Shown: positions 62,935 to 64,000 of the stretch, piece by piece
Numbering within the stretch: the first letter of the stretch is position 1
Layout of the letters: each line of letters begins with the position of its first letter
Assembly: GCA_963793425.1 (NCBI GenBank)
Contig: CAWCAG010000007.1
Span: 352,001 to 416,000 of the forward strand
Source: an uncultured cyanobacterium
Lineage (GTDB): Bacteria; Cyanobacteriota; Cyanobacteriia; Cyanobacteriales; CAWCAG01
Length of the DNA stretch: 64,000 nucleotides
Reading direction: 5' to 3'
The notes under the pieces: generated by a model
Seen by the model: only the letters and a program-made list of their open reading frames with translations
Databases searched by the model: none
Told to the model about the DNA's origin: nothing
Translations under genes and position numbers: made by a program

Positions 62935-63480
62935 TTACTTATTACTTTTTTGCCACCACCAAATACCTATACCCAAAATCAGAACAACAATTACTCCAGG
63001 AATTAACCATTGAGTAACAGCAACAGGGCTAGATGCTGCTGTTTCAATTTCTCCTGGAGAAGAAGCAATTTCCGTAGGAGAGGGAGAAACAGCTTGTCCC
63101 TTACCTACATTTACAGTGTAGGATAATTGGAAAGGTTGAAAACTACCATCAGACTTAGGTTTTCCTGTTAACCGCAACTCGTATGCCCCAGCTTCAGGAA
63201 AAACTAAATCTGCCCCAGGAATACCTTCATATTGTTCTGCGGTAATTTCTGCTAAGGTTGGCTCCAGAATTAGCTTTTCTCCTTCTGGTGCAGTTTGAGA
63301 ATAAACAGCTAATTGACAATCACATTCTGCCAAGGGAATAATCTTTCCCCCGGCACGAGTAAGGGCAAACCATGCTTTAGTAGGTTCCCCCGCACGAGGA
63401 TTATGATTAGGTTCAATATGAAAGGTTGCCCCAACACCAGCATCAGTTTTAACATTATGGGCGAAAATAGCAGGCATCAA
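62935..63480 (-). CDS. Hypothetical exported, C-terminally anchored protein
   Basis: AH signal-cleavage-like site, HIEPNHNP, C-terminal TM; signal peptide may be frameshifted at about 63500. Confidence 0.65.
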   Translation of the reverse strand: MMPAIFAHNVKTDAGVGATFHIEPNHNPRAGEPTKAWFALTRAGGKIIPLAECDCQLAVYSQTAPEGEKLILEPTLAEITAEQYEGIPGADLVFPEAGAYELRLTGKPKSDGSFQPFQLSYTVNVGKGQAVSPSPTEIASSPGEIETAASSPVAVTQWLIPGVIVVLILGIGIWWWQKSNK

Positions 63481-63570
63481 ACAGGAGTTAAAAGTTAGAA
63501 ATTAATAGGGATATGCTTTTAAGGGTAATAGTATATTTTCCCTCCTTTTTGCACAACGGTATAACAATCA

Positions 63571-64000
63571 ATGTTATTAGACTTACTACTAATTACCGCT
63601 TTAGGATTTTTGGGTAGCTTTGGCCATTGTGCCGGAATGTGTGGCCCTTTGAGTGTAGCATTTTCTCTTTCCCAAAAAGAAAAACAGAGTAATTGGCTTT
63701 CTAGCCTCAGTTTTCATTTTCTACTTAACACTGGCCGTATATTAAGTTATGCTTGCGTTGGGGCAGCATTAGGGACAGTGGGTTCAGTAGCCATCGCTAG
63801 TGGGCAATTAGTTGGTATCGGCAGCGACTTGCGCCAAGCAATAGTCATCTTGACAGGCTTGTTATTAATTTGGTTTGGTTTAGGACAAATTAAACCAGAC
63901 TTCTTACCCAAGTTACCTGTCTTACATCCTTTACAAGGCAGTTTGCATAACAACTTAAGCCGCATCATGGGCAAACTATCGGTGCAAACTCAATGGTGGA
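63571..64000 (+). CDS. DsbD_2 / TauE-SafE type membrane protein (runs off the window)
   Basis: MLLDLLLITALGFLGSFGHCAGMCGPL; HC..MC motif; GRILSY. Confidence 0.85.
   Translation, partial: MLLDLLLITALGFLGSFGHCAGMCGPLSVAFSLSQKEKQSNWLSSLSFHFLLNTGRILSYACVGAALGTVGSVAIASGQLVGIGSDLRQAIVILTGLLLIWFGLGQIKPDFLPKLPVLHPLQGSLHNNLSRIMGKLSVQTQWW

Overview
A 64-kb, AT-rich stretch of a cyanobacterial chromosome, identified by about 30 HIP1 GCGATCGC octamers, heptamer STRR-type repeats, and petJ, ftn2, hetZ/patU-type and SLH-porin genes. Most genes are housekeeping: ftsQ-ftsZ, ftn2, murE, pdhA, acpP-fabF-tkt, pyrB, glyS, nadE, sds, sbcD, frmA and an ECF sigma/anti-sigma/Spy module. Points of interest: (1) a paired P-loop NTPase plus a 1640-aa [degenerate NTPase-TPR-STAND-TM-14xWD40] protein; (2) an 8-copy, 152-bp, spacer-less tandem array built on a REP-like double hairpin; (3) a threonine-synthase-like gene plus sulfur-carrier gene under a near-perfect Rrf2/IscR-type palindrome, a candidate homocysteine route; (4) a CysH paralogue lacking its catalytic Cys; (5) a hetZ-like/patU pair plus an apparent second, orphan PatU-core paralogue; (6) a candidate CRP-controlled sRNA; (7) a MITE with a 5-bp target duplication carrying two nested elements; (8) predicted Yfr1 target sites. 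Single-base frameshifts in pdhA, murE and two other genes probably reflect sequencing or assembly error. I found no rRNA, tRNA or CRISPR array. All calls were made by eye, without database searches.
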